Positions 1 to 12,664 of a stretch of DNA of 64,000 nucleotides are shown piece after piece; position 1 is the stretch's first letter, and every line of letters begins with the position of its first letter. Origin of the DNA: Octopus sinensis (taxonomy: Eukaryota); contig NC_043005.1 of the NCBI RefSeq assembly GCF_006345805.1, forward strand, positions 77,500,001-77,564,000, given 5' to 3'. The notes beneath the pieces were generated by a model. The model searched no databases, was not told where the DNA came from, and worked only from the letters and a program-made list of their open reading frames with translations. A program made the position numbers and the translations under genes.

Positions 1-939
1 TAATAATAATACTATGGTATAAAAATATATATATAAAAGTTGGTCATAGTTGGGAAGTCATAGATTATATATCTTCCCGACCATTTCTGACCTGGGATTA
101 AAGTATGTCCCTTCTTTTAACCCATTTCATCTTGTATTTGACCAATGCTAGCTAGCTATTTATTAAAGCAATGTTGTTACATTACAAGCTTGTCGACATT
201 TATGTGTCCAGCACAATGAAATTAAAACCCAGTCGGCTGCTGTGCGGATAGTGCAATAAAAACCAATCGCTTTCTATGCATATCTCTCACAAAGCAATAT
301 GAACTTGGGCCAAGTAATTGGAGATGAAACAGAGGAAACTTTAACATACTACCAATACAAAATCAATATTTGTTCTGGCTTCATTACAAATTTAGCTGAA
401 AATTTAATCCGTCTGTCAATCAATATATTTTCCCCACTGTTTCGTTTTCTTTTTTTGTATGGTCGACTTTTTTGCTTGCTACAGAAGCCCACGATTGGTA
501 TACCTCGGATTATGGAGTTTGAACAACCGCAGTATTTGATAGTCACAATCGCTTATTGTTTTATTTCTTTTCCTGTTTCTTTTTTTTTCTATTATTTTCT
601 TTTCCATTGCTTAATTTTATAGCTGCTCTCGTCAATTTTACTGTTATTTATCTATGTTGTATTGTAACAGCTACCGACAATGTCTCCAAGGTTCTGACTA
701 ATTTTTTAGGGTCGTACTTAGCTCTACGTTAAATGGAGAAGTCTGCTCTAACTTATACAGAATATCTGACATCTGCAAACTGTTATCTATTACCGACATA
801 AATTGAAACTCGTAAAATTAATTCGTTTTGGCAAATTATAGAACAAAATGCGTGCAATGAAACAGAACTCAAGAACTAGAAGATCCTCTCAACCATTTTG
901 GTTATTTCGTTTCTAGTAGTCGCTATTACTGTTGCAAAT

Positions 940-1212
940 AATAACCACCAACATCATCATCATCATGTTTGTCGTCGTCGTCGGCGGCGACGGTGGTGAC
1001 AGCGGCAGCGTTATGGTTGTCCTCTTCGTCATCATCATCTTTACCAATGGGCATGACCATAATGATAACGGCAAAGACAATGAAAACGGTGGGGGTGATA
1101 GTACTGACGATGAGGATGATGGTGATGTTGATGACGAGGATGACGACGATGAATATGATGGTGACCAGGAAGAAGATGATGGTGGTGAGGGCAGGGGTGG
1201 TGATGATGTGGG

Positions 1213-1244
<32 letters not shown>

Positions 1245-1419
1245 GTGGTGGTAGTGGTGGTGATGAGGATGATGATGATGATGCGGATGATGATGATGAT
1301 GACGATGACAACGAAGACAGCGATGATGACGATGACGATAATGATGATAATAATGATCATAGTAGTGGTGGTGATGGTGATGATGGTAGTAGTGGTTGTG
1401 GTGGTGGTGGTGGTGGTGG

Positions 1420-1466
<47 letters not shown>

Positions 1467-1530
1467 TTGGTGGTTGTGATTGTGATGGTCGTAGTAGTTG
1501 TGGTAGTTGTGAGGATGAGCATGATGATGT
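940..1530. repeat. Compound (GAT)n/(GGT)n trinucleotide low-complexity tract
   Basis: Pure and decayed GAT/GGT/GAC runs that open ORFs in several frames on both strands. Confidence 0.9.
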
Positions 1531-2470
1531 CGACGCCGAATTCACTCTAAGAAACCAAGTTCGCAATACGCCAACCTGTTTTTGTAACGTAATATCTTTC
1601 TCAATTAAATGTCTGTCTATCTATATATCTATTTATCTATCTATTATAGGAGTGGTATAGCCGGATTCTCTAAAAGCTTGCTTTGCGACCACCTGGTCCC
1701 GGTTTCGATCCTACTGCCTGACATCTTGGGCGAATGTCATTTCTCTATAGCTTCTCACCGACGAATAATTTGAGTAAAGATTGCTCGACGGAGACTGTGA
1801 AGAAGCCTATCAGATGAGTTATTTTCTTAATAGATGAATCACAGTTTTCCACACACTGTGCCACGCTGTGTCACACCCATTCTGCCTGTGAATTACGTTA
1901 AGAGTACACGGCTCTGTAGAATACTCAACCACTTACATCTTAATTCAGGAACAGATTATTCAATTGAACGAATAACTAAATCCTTAGCATCGAAGGACGG
2001 AGATCCACGATCAAATCTACGTATCGATCACAACATTTGTTAATCAACGTGTCTCGCAATCTGTCTTACTATTATTCTATTGGTGTTATTCCAGTTTCTT
2101 TATAAGGTAATCATTGTGATTTTTCCCTAAGGCAGCTCTGTTCGACCAACCCTATGACTGTGGGTCAACACCACAGCTTTTATATTGCTTAATTTTTTTG
2201 CCTATTTTTTTGAAGACAGTATAGTGTGTTTTGTACGAGGTTTGGTTACTATTACTAGGATGTCAATCGACTACGTACAAAATCCACCCACTCGTTCATA
2301 CTCACATCATTAATACCCCTAATACCCCTAGAAAGAGGTTCTACATCATATTTTTCAAACACTACAAATCTCAAAATTCATGTCTATAAATGGAATTTAT
2401 TTAAGCCAACCAATTGGCGAGATAATCAATAACCACATAGAACCTCAACTCGCTATTTTGAATATTCGTA

Positions 2471-2690
2471 GGCGGTGAACTGGCAGAGTGGTTACCGCTT
2501 CCGGACAAAATATTAAGCTGCAGTTCTTCTGGGTTTACGTTTTTAGTTCAAATGCCGCCAAAGTTGACTTTGGCTTTCATCCTTTCGGATTGATGAAATA
2601 AGTAGTTGATAAGCACTGGGGTCAATGATATCGATGTACTCCTTCCCCTTAAAATTGCAGGCCTTGTGCCAAAATTTGAAATCATTATTT
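2471..2690 (+). mobile_element. tRNA-derived SINE family A, degenerate copy
   Basis: GGCGGTGAACTGGCAG head, AGTTCAAAT B-box, GCTTTCATCCTTTCGG core, GGCCTTGTGCC tail, matching the better copies at 6391 and 7040. Confidence 0.8.
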
Positions 2691-2789
2691 TGTATTATGG
2701 GGACATAAACGAAACAACACTGGTTGTCAAGTAGTGTGCGAGGTCAAACATAAGCACAAAGATAGACAAACACACGCACACACATTCAC

Positions 2790-2869
<80 letters not shown>

Positions 2870-2924
2870 GGATCGATCGATGGATCAATGGATCGATGGA
2901 TAGATAGATAGATAGATCTGGCTT

Positions 2925-3868
2925 TGAAGATGCTTTCTCGTTCTTTTTATGAAGTGTCGTGTCCAATTATGAGCTCAGAGGGTTCAACAGGGTTCATAAC
3001 CGGCGAACTGCCTTGGCCATGGAAGCTTTTTAATGCCATTCTGATCCAACATATCTTGGGTCATAAATAAAGATTCTTCTTTAATCATTTGACGACTAGA
3101 GAAGATTGGAAGGAGTCCTTTCTGAAGTACGGATACATATTTATCCGAGCTTATGTTTCCCTCACATTCCACCAGCTCTGATGTGGCATTGCTCCACAAT
3201 TGCGCCACAGATCATCACAGAATAGATACCACCTTTCATTATTGGCTGCAATCTTTTCACACCAAATTCTTGATTACAGAGTCCCCAGAGCTACACTCGA
3301 CCACCGTCAGAGAATATGACAGTGTCCCAAAATGCTAGTGGCCTCTCCACCATTTCACTGGCCCAATCTTTTCTCCGCTGGATATTGGCTGGTCGAAGAA
3401 GTTGCTTCCTTCTTGCTGCTCTGCCAAGTTTGTGGAGATGCCTGACAGCTATTCTAGGACTGACACCAACTTGTTCTGCTATGCCAGAGGCCTTGCAACG
3501 AGGATTATCCTCCACAATTCTCTTAGCAAAGAGAAGGGTCCTGTCAGAGGGCCCTGGTTGATCTGAGCGAGGTGATGAGGACTTCTCTTCTCCAGTGAAT
3601 TGCACAATTACTCTATTACTGTAGAAAGCGGGACCCCATGGTTTTCTGTGATCTTATGCTGACTATTTCCACCTTCAGAATGACCCACAATAGGACCTCT
3701 TTGAAATCCAGACAGTTCCAAGGCATCTTTTGTATATGGCATGATTAAACAGTCACATATAGAACCTGAAACAGAAAAATGTCAATTAATAAAATATATA
3801 AACCTTTACAAGTTAGAATAAACATAAAATGATGTTTCAGGGGGTGTCTCTTACTTCTGTCACATCTG
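2925..3868 (-). mobile_element. Fossil Tc1-family DNA transposon (transposase pseudogene plus one TIR)
   Basis: From ATG at 3742 the minus strand reads [20 protein letters not shown]... ARRKQLL... FWDTVIFSD... WPRQ (Tc1 HTH, first catalytic D, WPxQSPD remnant) with frameshifts and deletions; terminal CAGATGTGACAGAAG at 3868. Confidence 0.88.
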
Positions 3869-3882
3869 CATATATACCTACA

Positions 3883-3929
<47 letters not shown>

Positions 3930-3934
<5 letters not shown>

Positions 3935-4712
3935 CAAAATAATAAATAAAACATATGCTTATATACATACATATATGTACGTACCTATATCTATACATGC
4001 ATATATGGATACCGAACACCAAAAAAAAACCAGAAATGAAAACAAAAACAAAGCCATGGAAACGGACATTTTTTTAAACAACGAAAAAACAGAGTACATG
4101 ACATACAACACAAGGAAATTCCCCTTCTTCAGCCGCGTCTGCTTCGTCTACTCCGTGTTTCGAATGTAAAGGCGAGACACGACTTCTTGAAACAGTCCTT
4201 CCCGCAAAGCAAATTAAATGAAATTGGGGATTTTTTTGCGGAGGGGTAAAAGTGGTAACAATAACAGGTCAGTAATAACAATACAAATAAAAACAGTAAA
4301 AGACAGGACAAGGAGAATAACAGTAACACAAACAGTAAGGGCTGTTACGCCTGAACGAAAGGAAAAAATATTTTGAACGCTTTGAGAACGGCTTGAGAGA
4401 GGGACAGAAAAGGCCGTCTACTCTTGTTGGATGCAGTAGTAAGAAAGACAGTGGCCCTCTGGTCACGTGTCAGCGACGAGAGCAGAGGCGGCTGAAGAAG
4501 GGGAATTTTCCTTGTGTTGTATGTCTTGTACTCTGTTTTTACGTTTTCGTTTCTCATTGTGTTCGACGTTTTTTTGGTGTCCTGTACCTATATATGCATG
4601 TATATATACATATTGATGTAGGTACGTACATATATCTATGTATATATGCATATGTTTTATTATTATTTTGTTTTATATGATGGAACGCACGCATCCACTT
4701 CCAAGTAAGTTT
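3930..4712. mobile_element. Inverted-arm element between (TA)n tracts, probably a Penelope-like remnant
   Basis: 3930-4150 is the diverged reverse complement of 4475-4678; the right arm has an extra ~30-nt tail; (TA)n on both sides; same layout as 32651-34604. Confidence 0.6.
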
Positions 4713-4731
4713 TATATATATATTATATATA

Positions 4732-4765
<34 letters not shown>

Positions 4766-6390
4766 CTATATATATTCTTATATATTCTTTTTATCTTTTT
4801 ACTTGTTTCATTAATTAACTGTGGCCTTATATATGGGCTTCCACACAGCATGTCTGCGTTTGGACACAGCTATCTTATAATTTTGAAATAAAGGAAAATT
4901 GGTCTTGACTGGAACGTCTTTGATCATAAGCCAGTTTAATCAAGGCTTCTATAGAACTAAACTATTTCACTATGGATTTCGAGAAGAATTGATTATGGCT
5001 AATCATCGTCTTTATATGATGCGAGATATTAAAGAGAAACCTCAAAGAAATTTGTATTTGTTTCGGTCGGCTTCCTTATTGAGTTCAGGCATTTGGGTTT
5101 CAGTTCCGACTGTCTGTGCCTAAGAGAGGAGGAGTTTGATAGACTGATCGATTTTTTAGAAATAGCAGTCAAATTTCCCTTTTATCACATCTTAGTATCT
5201 TAAATATAAAAAGCGAACATTGGATACTCTGCTGCTTGCTATATTACGCCGGAGGAAAGTAGAGATGGGCGCGGTTGGTATACCTTTTCTGTAGGTCTAG
5301 CCGACGAGGTCTGACTGGTGGTTGGGGCGGTAAAAATCTACAGATAAAGCATATTTATATATGAGCTAAAGAGTAAATTTCTTTCTCATTACTTGACCTG
5401 TTAGAAATAGCATCTAAATGTATTTTTCAACCAATATTCTATACAAACAATATACAAGTTAATAAATAACGGTGTTCTTCATCTTTCCCCAATAAATTCA
5501 CATACATCCACATAAACTCACACGTACATACACACATACATATATACACATATACTCACACACACATGCACATAGACATATACCGCACCACACACACACA
5601 CACACACAAACTTGAACACCTCTGATTAAAATCTATTTGGCAATAAGATCGCGATCATTTTATAAATACTTTGTGCTTTGTAGGGTTAAGTCAAATGCAT
5701 TCTTTCACAGACAGAATTTCATTATTTCTCTTTCTTTAACTGTCAATTCTATCTTTTTTTTATTTCCTTCTTTCGTTTTATTTCTCTTTCTTTGAATAAT
5801 AAATTACTTCATTAATTTGAAATTCGAAATAAATAAATAAATTAAAGAGAATTTGTGTTCGATTTGGCTTCAGTGTCGTAAATAACGGTTTCAAGTTTTG
5901 GCACTGGGCCAGCAGTTTTTGATGGAAGGGTGTAAGACGATTACATTGGCTCAGTATCTGACTGGTACCTCTTTTATCGACCCCCGAAAATAAAAAAATA
6001 CAAAGTCGGCTTCAGCGGCATTTGAACTCAGAACATAAAGACAAACAAAATGTTGGTAAGCATTTTGCCCGGTGTGCTAAGGATTCTGCAAGTATATCAA
6101 CTTCAATGCCCACATTTTATTTTCGTACTTTTTTTTATCAATCACACCTTTTCTTTTTTTTTTAATGCAACACTTTATTATATTTGAGCATTTAAATACA
6201 AAGAAACAACAGTGAATAAGAGATAAGAAGATATAAGAAAAAGAAAAAGAAAAAAGTGGAGAGAAAGCAGCGGAAGATGGAGGAAGAGGCGGGGTTGGGA
6301 CACATATCCCAGAACGAATGGTGTTCTCAGCCACGCCCCATGGTAATGACTGCGATGGCATTGCCACAGAGACTGGCCGGCGACAGTCTC

Positions 6391-6622
6391 TGCGGCGAGC
6401 TGGCAGAAACGTTAGCACGCCGAGCGAAATGCGTAGCCGTATTTCGTCTGCCGTTACTTTCTGAGTTCAAATTCCACCGAGGTCGACTTTGCCTTTCATC
6501 CTTTCGGGGTCGATAAATTAAGTACCAGTTACGCACTGGGATCGAAGTAGTCAACTTACTCCATCTGTCTGTCCTTGTTTGTCCCCTCTATGTTTAGCCC
6601 CTTGTGGGCAATAAAGAAATAA
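6391..6622 (+). mobile_element. tRNA-derived SINE family A, full-length copy
   Basis: A-box TGGCAGAAACG, B-box GAGTTCAAATTCC, core GCCTTTCATCCTTTCGGGGTCGATAAATTAAGTACC, tail ...GGGCAATAAAGAAATA; flanked by an imperfect AGAGACTGG..GCGACA direct repeat. Confidence 0.92.
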
Positions 6623-7039
6623 GAGACTGGTCAGCGACACTCGCGGCAGCAGCCACTGCACTTCATGGGGCCAATTCTCCTACAGACCGCCGTTATCCCT
6701 ATTTTGCGGAGTAAATCGATAGTAAAGGATCCGAGAACAATTGGCGCAGTGGGACTGATCCATGAGGTTGAGAATCTAGCCCGTGGTAGACATGAGAGGC
6801 TGGTTCTATTCCAGATTCGTTAGAACCTTTTTTTAAGCTGCATACTGAGGTCGATGTAATCGACGAGCCCCCACCCCACAACATTTCAGGTCTTGTGCCT
6901 ATAACAGAGAGGATTATTATCATTATTACGGCGGTGAACTGTCAGAATCGTTTGAATATCAGGAAAACGAATGCAATCGATTGGTAGACATGTTAGAGCA
7001 TCGGATGAAAAATGTCTTACGATATTTATTCCGATTCTA

Positions 7040-7438
7040 AGGCGGTGAGCTGGCAGAATCGTCAGCACGCCGGGCGAAATGCGTAGCCGTATTTCGTCTG
7101 CCGTTACGTTCTGAGTTCAAATTCCGCCGAGGTCGACTTTGCCGTACATCCTTTCGGGATTAATTACATAAGTACCAGTTACGCACTGTGGTCGATATAA
7201 TCGACTTAGTCCGTTTGTCTGTCCTTGTTTGTCCTCTCTGTGTTTAGCCCCTTGTGAGTAGTAAAGAAATAGGTATTTCGTCTGTCTTTACACTCTGAGT
7301 TCAAATTCCGCCGAGGTCGACTTTGCCTTTCCTCTTTCGGCAGTCAATAAATTGAATACCAGTTGCGTACTGGGGTCGATGTAATCGACTGGTTCCCTCC
7401 CCAAAAATCTCGGGCCTTGCACCTAGAGTAGAAAAGGA
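7040..7438 (+). mobile_element. SINE family A dimer (full unit plus head-less unit with an alternative tail)
   Basis: Second unit starts at GTATTTCGTCTG (~7273) directly after tail 1 and ends in CGGGCCTTGCACCTAGAGTAGAAAAG. Confidence 0.9.
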
Positions 7439-7644
7439 TATTTATTCCGATTCTTTAACATTCTGAGCTCAAATCACGATGAAGTTAACTGTGCCTTTTA
7501 TTCCTACGACGTCGGTAAAATAAAGAACTGCTCAAAGAATTGGTAATTTAGGCATAGATTTACAGCAGTTTCCAAGGAATTGGTTGAATCAATACCCTCG
7601 ATTCTAGCATTCTAACGAAAACTTGATCTCGGCAGATTTGCAGG

Positions 7645-8060
7645 CGGACTGGTACTTATTTTATCGACCCCGAAAGGATGAAAGACAAAGTCGACCTCGG
7701 TGAAATTTGAACTCAGGATGTACAGACAGAGGAAATGCCGTTAACCATTTTGCCCGGCGTGGTAACGATTCACTAAGATCACCACTTTATAGTTGTAATA
7801 TGTTGGTGTTGTTGCTGTTGTTGTTGTTGTCTTCGTCACCGTTGTTGTAGTTATTCTTTTCTATTCTAGGCGCAAGGCCCGAAATTTTGGGGGAGGAGGC
7901 CAGTCGATCAGATCGACCCCAGTACGCAACTGGTACTTAATTTATCGACCCTAAAAGGATAAAAAGCAAAGTCGACCTCAACGAAATTTGAACTCACAGA
8001 CAGACGAAATGCCGCTAAGCATTTTGCCCGGCGTTTTAACGATTCAGCTAGGTCACCACT
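7645..8060 (-). mobile_element. Two SINE family A copies
   Basis: Reverse-complement core TTTATCGACCCCGAAAGGATGAAAG at ~7660 and ~7940. Confidence 0.85.
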
Positions 8061-8600
8061 TGATGTTGTTGCTGTTGCTGTTGTCTTCTTCTTATTATTC
8101 TTCTTCTTCTTCATCTTCATCTTCTTCTTCTTCTTCTTCCAATCCGGACTCACGCCATTAGCCACAAAGAATAATCTCTAATTCGAGCCTAGTCTAAGCT
8201 ACTAAGAATGCGTGTGGCAACTTGAAGATCCACCCACTACACGGGATAGACTGGTGGTTGCACGGGCATGAAAGCTACGTTGTTATCCTCATTCCATAAA
8301 CGGTGGCTTTTAACAGGTGGAGAGCTGAGCCATCCTGGGGTACACAGGATTCGCAATCTAGACTAGGATCTGAAAGTTTACCACACCATAGTGGGTTACA
8401 CCATGGTTCCTCTGCTTTGTGGCAGAAGTAGGAAGAAAGAGTGAGAGAAAGTTGTGGTGAAAGAGTACAGCGGGGTTCAAATTTTGGCACAAGGCCAGAA
8501 ACATCGGGGAGGGAGTAAGTCGATTACATCACGCACACACCCCACCCCCGCCGGAACCTCGTGGAGCTTAGGTGTTTTTGCTCAATAAACACTCACAATG

Positions 8601-8980
8601 GAAGCACACCGTCGGTTAAGACGACGAGGGTTCCGGTTGATCCGAATCAACGGAACAGCCTGCTCGTGAAATTAACGTGTTAGTGGCTGAGCACTCCACA
8701 GACACGTGTACCCTTAACGTAGTTCTCGGGGATATTCAGCGTGACACAGAGAGTGACAAGGCCGGCCCTTTGAAATACAGGTACAACAGAAGCAGGAAGT
8801 AAGAGTGAGAGAAAGTTGTGGTGAAAGAGTACAACAGGGATCACCACCATCCCCTGCCGGAGCGTCGTGGAGCTTTAGGTGTTTTCGCTCAATAAACACT
8901 CACAATGCCCGGTCTGGGAATCGAAACAGCGTTCTTACGACCGCGAGTCCGCTGCCCTAACCACCGGGCCATTGCGCCTA
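8601..8980 (-). mobile_element. tRNA-derived SINE family C, full-length copy
   Basis: Near-identical to 35134-35503, 54340-54720 and 55691-56064; head GGCGCAATGGCCCGGTGGTTAGGGCAGCGGACTCGCGG with B-box GTTTCGATTCC. Confidence 0.92.
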
Positions 8981-9236
8981 CACTGTTGTTGTTGTTGTTC
9001 CTTCTCTTGTAGTTGCTGTTGTTCCTGCTGATGTTTTTTTTTTTTTTCTTGTTTCTGTCGTCATCGTCGTTCTTCTCTTCAGTATAGTTTGAGTCGATTG
9101 TGTTAAACGAGCAGCCAAGACTGTGGCTATTGTTGTCAATGTCCATACAGAAGTTGTTTGATGTTTTTGACGCTAATGCCTCTGCTCAATGCAGAGCATG
9201 AAGGACACTTAAAGTAAAGGGCGGGGATTTCAAGCT

Positions 9237-9291
9237 ATGAAGATGATAATGATGACGACGACGACGATGATAATGATGATGATGATGGTGG

Positions 9292-9380
<89 letters not shown>

Positions 9381-9625
9381 CTGGTGCTGGTTATGGTGAT
9401 GATGATGATGATGATGATGATGATGGCAACAAAGTCTAAGACGATGATAATAATCGACGAAAGACGACAACAAAGCTCGTGCAGATGATAATGATATTCC
9501 CGATGCTGCTTATGATGTGGGTGGTGGCGGCGGCGGCGGCGGTGGTGGTAGTGGTGGTGGTGGTGGTGGTGGTGATGGTGATGGTGGTGGTGGTGGCGGT
9601 GGTGGTGGCGGTGGTGGTGGTGGTA
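9237..9625. repeat. (GAT)n and (GGT)n microsatellites
   Basis: Long pure trinucleotide runs. Confidence 0.95.
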
Positions 9626-9792
9626 ATCTCAATGTTTATTATTCTTGCTAGGAATTTATTATTATAACAACGCATTTATAAAAAAATAATAATAAAAACC
9701 ATAATGCCCAGCTCTCCTTCAGGCATTACAGTGAATGTCCATTCAAACATCATGGACGTTAAATATTATCCGTTTATCAGTCACAGCCTAAA

Positions 9793-9858
<66 letters not shown>

Positions 9859-10512
9859 TGTGTGTGTGCTTTCTTTTCTGCTTTTGATTTTGTCTCACAG
9901 TATATTTATTTATTTTGTGAATAAATTGTCACACTTCTGCGATTTTTACTTTATCTCAGTCTGAAATTTCCTACGAATTTTTCTTCTTTTTTTTTCCCCA
10001 TTTTCCTTCCCTTTTTATCCCTGCATTTAACTAACTATTAAAATCAATTCAAGAATTCTTTTACGTTATGTTATGGAGCAGCCATTATATTGTCTGCTGT
10101 CCGTTGCCACTCTGCAGCACCATGTTCAACTGTTAGTAAACATAAACAAGTCCTATTTTTTAAATTTTATTTTCATTTTTACGTTGCTGAATTTCTTTAT
10201 CATTTGCTCATTGTGTTTGACTTCTTTAATCTGCCAATATTTCTTTGAAGGAATGGTTAGAAAATCATGCATTTCCATATATTTTATTGTTACCTTACTA
10301 GTGTTTCCTTTCTTTTTTTCCTTCTATTTTTTTTTCTTTTGTTTTTGTTACCTTTTGACGAAACTTCTATTCATGCTTACACATGCATAGAAATATCAAA
10401 CAATCTCTGCAAAGACACACGTTAGCCACAGGTATTCAACCATACATGCATAAGCCACCGTAATTTACATGTGCGTGGCTGTCTACACCTGCGCATACAC
10501 ATACACGCATAG

Positions 10513-10543
<31 letters not shown>

Positions 10544-10612
10544 TAATATATATATATATATAATATATATATATATGTGTGTGTGTGTGTGGTGTGTGTG
10601 TGTGTGTCCATG

Positions 10613-10857
10613 AGTATATGCAAAGGTCAGTTTTTATAGAGCTTTCTACACACTTATACATACATGCATACATACATATATACATGCATACATACATACA
10701 TACATACATACATACATTTATGTATGTATGTATTTTGTATATAAATGTATGTATGTATGTATGTATGTATGTATGTATGTATGTATGTATATATATATGT
10801 ATGCATGTATGTATAAGTGTGTAGAAAGGCCTATAAAAACTGACCTTTGCATATACT
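10613..10857. repeat. Near-perfect fold-back palindrome with a (CATA)n/(TATG)n centre
   Basis: AGTATATGCAAAGGTCAGTTTTTATAG..CTTTCTACACACTTATACATAC is mirrored at ~10800-10857. Confidence 0.9.
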
Positions 10858-11829
10858 TATAGTCATATATATTGGTATTATATGTCTGCAATACGGGTTG
10901 AGATTTTTCTTTTTTATAAACTGTTTTATATGTTCACGTCTTTATGTAACAGCGATTGTAAAGGTTTTTCCGCATAAGTACAGGTAAAGACATCTACATA
11001 TATATATTATATATATATATATATAATATATATATATATATATGTATATGTATATATACATACATAAATACATACATACATACATACATACATACATAAT
11101 ACATACATACATACATACATACATACATACATACATACATACACTACTACTTAGAATTACGTCTGCAAACATTCACACTCTAAACAGTATATATCTACAT
11201 ATATGTTTCGACATATATAAAGACATACTCATAGAAAAGCTACATTCGGAAAACAGCCATTTTTAGAGTGACTTATATACACATTTTTAATCATTCTGTG
11301 TGCATGCTTGTGAACGGATGCACAATTAGATACGCATACAAGCAACAAAACACGCATGCGCACCACTCAGATCTGTAAAATAAAGCATACATCGTTATAA
11401 AGTCATTTACGTATAATTTGTTTTTCGTATGTTTTTAAAATTAAGTCTTTGAAGAATTCTAACAGACTTTTGAAGCACAACATCAAGCATATCAAAAACT
11501 CCAAGAACATAGTCGGAGCTACAGACAAAACAGAAAACTGATATTAGACAATCACATACAAATATAAAAGATTTCTCTGCAGCAATATGCCAAATACATA
11601 AAATAAAAACATTACCCCGTTCACTCGATATACATAGAGGTTTTGGTTTCTACGTATATCGAGCTAAAGGTACATTCTGCGAATATCAGATTTAGATATA
11701 TATGACAGATTTGAAAGCCTACATTCTTCAGACCTCACAAACCAATTCAAGATGAAATGCAGGTTATTTAATTTTACAAAAGCTAAAGTCCGTATGCTAG
11801 GCAAAATTTTGGAGAAAGAAAATTTCGTC

Positions 11830-11990
11830 GAGTGGCTGTATGGTAAGTAGCTTGCTTACCAACCACATGGTTCCGGGTTCAGTCCCACTGCGTGGTACCT
11901 TGGGCAAGTGTCTTCTACTATGGCCTTGTGAGTGGATTTAGTAGACGGAAACTGAAAACAGCCTGTCGTATATATGTTTATATATATATG

Positions 11991-12021
<31 letters not shown>

Positions 12022-12220
12022 GTTTGTGTGACTGTGTTTGTCCCCTAACATCGATTGACAACCGATGCTGGTGTATTTGCGTCTCCGTGATTTAGGAGTT
12101 CGGCAAAAGTGAGCGATAGAATATGTACTAGGCTTACAAAGAATAAGTCCTGGGGTCGATTTGCTCGACAAAAGACGGTGCTCCAGCATGGCCACAGTCA
12201 AATGACTGAAACAAGTAAAG
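11830..12220 (+). mobile_element. tRNA-derived SINE family B with internal (TA)n/(TG)n
   Basis: TGGCTGTATGG A-box, GGTTCAGTCCC B-box, CCTTGGGCAAG block, tail CCAGCATGGCCACAGTCAAATGACTGAAACAAG. Confidence 0.9.
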
Positions 12221-12344
12221 GAGTCCGAAAAAAAGCAACCACCTTTTCTGTACGGAATAAAACCTCATCTGTCGTTAAACGTTTCGTTAGTATCAGCAAC
12301 AAACAATTCGACATTGTAAAATACTACCACACATTCCCTAGAAC

Positions 12345-12660
12345 TTGGCACTCCGTCGGTTACTACGACGACGGTTCCAGTTGATCTGATCAACGGAACA
12401 GCCTGCTCGTGGAATTAATATGCAAGTGGCTGAGCACTTCACAGACAGGCATACCCTTAACGTAGTTCACACGGAGATTAAGCGTGACGCAGAATGTTGG
12501 CCAGTTGAAATAAAGGCGTCACTCAATTTTGCAAGCTGACTGGAATGGAGCAACGTGAAATAAAGTGTCTTGCTCAAGGTCACAACGTGCCGCCGGCTAT
12601 CGAACCCATGACCTTACGATTTTGACCCGAATACTCTAACCACTTAGCCATGTACCTTCA
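12345..12660 (-). mobile_element. Older SINE of the family C/D type
   Basis: Shares the CACTCCGTCGGTTAC...CAACGGAACAGCCTGCTCGTG tail and the CTTGCTCAAG block. Confidence 0.8.
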
Positions 12661-12664
12661 GGCA

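Noticed and set aside
299-622. 107-aa ORF or terminal exon after an acceptor at ~484
   Set aside because: T-rich composition, no recognisable homology
932-1660. 242-aa Asp/Gly-rich ORF as an acidic biomineralisation-type protein
   Set aside because: Built from GAT/GGT microsatellite that opens most frames; similar tracts recur at 9237 and 31500; no signal peptide or splice support
4120-4200. Permuted hammerhead (GAAAC...CTGAAGA) in the 3930-4712 element
   Set aside because: Helices I and III and the NUH triplet could not be assembled convincingly
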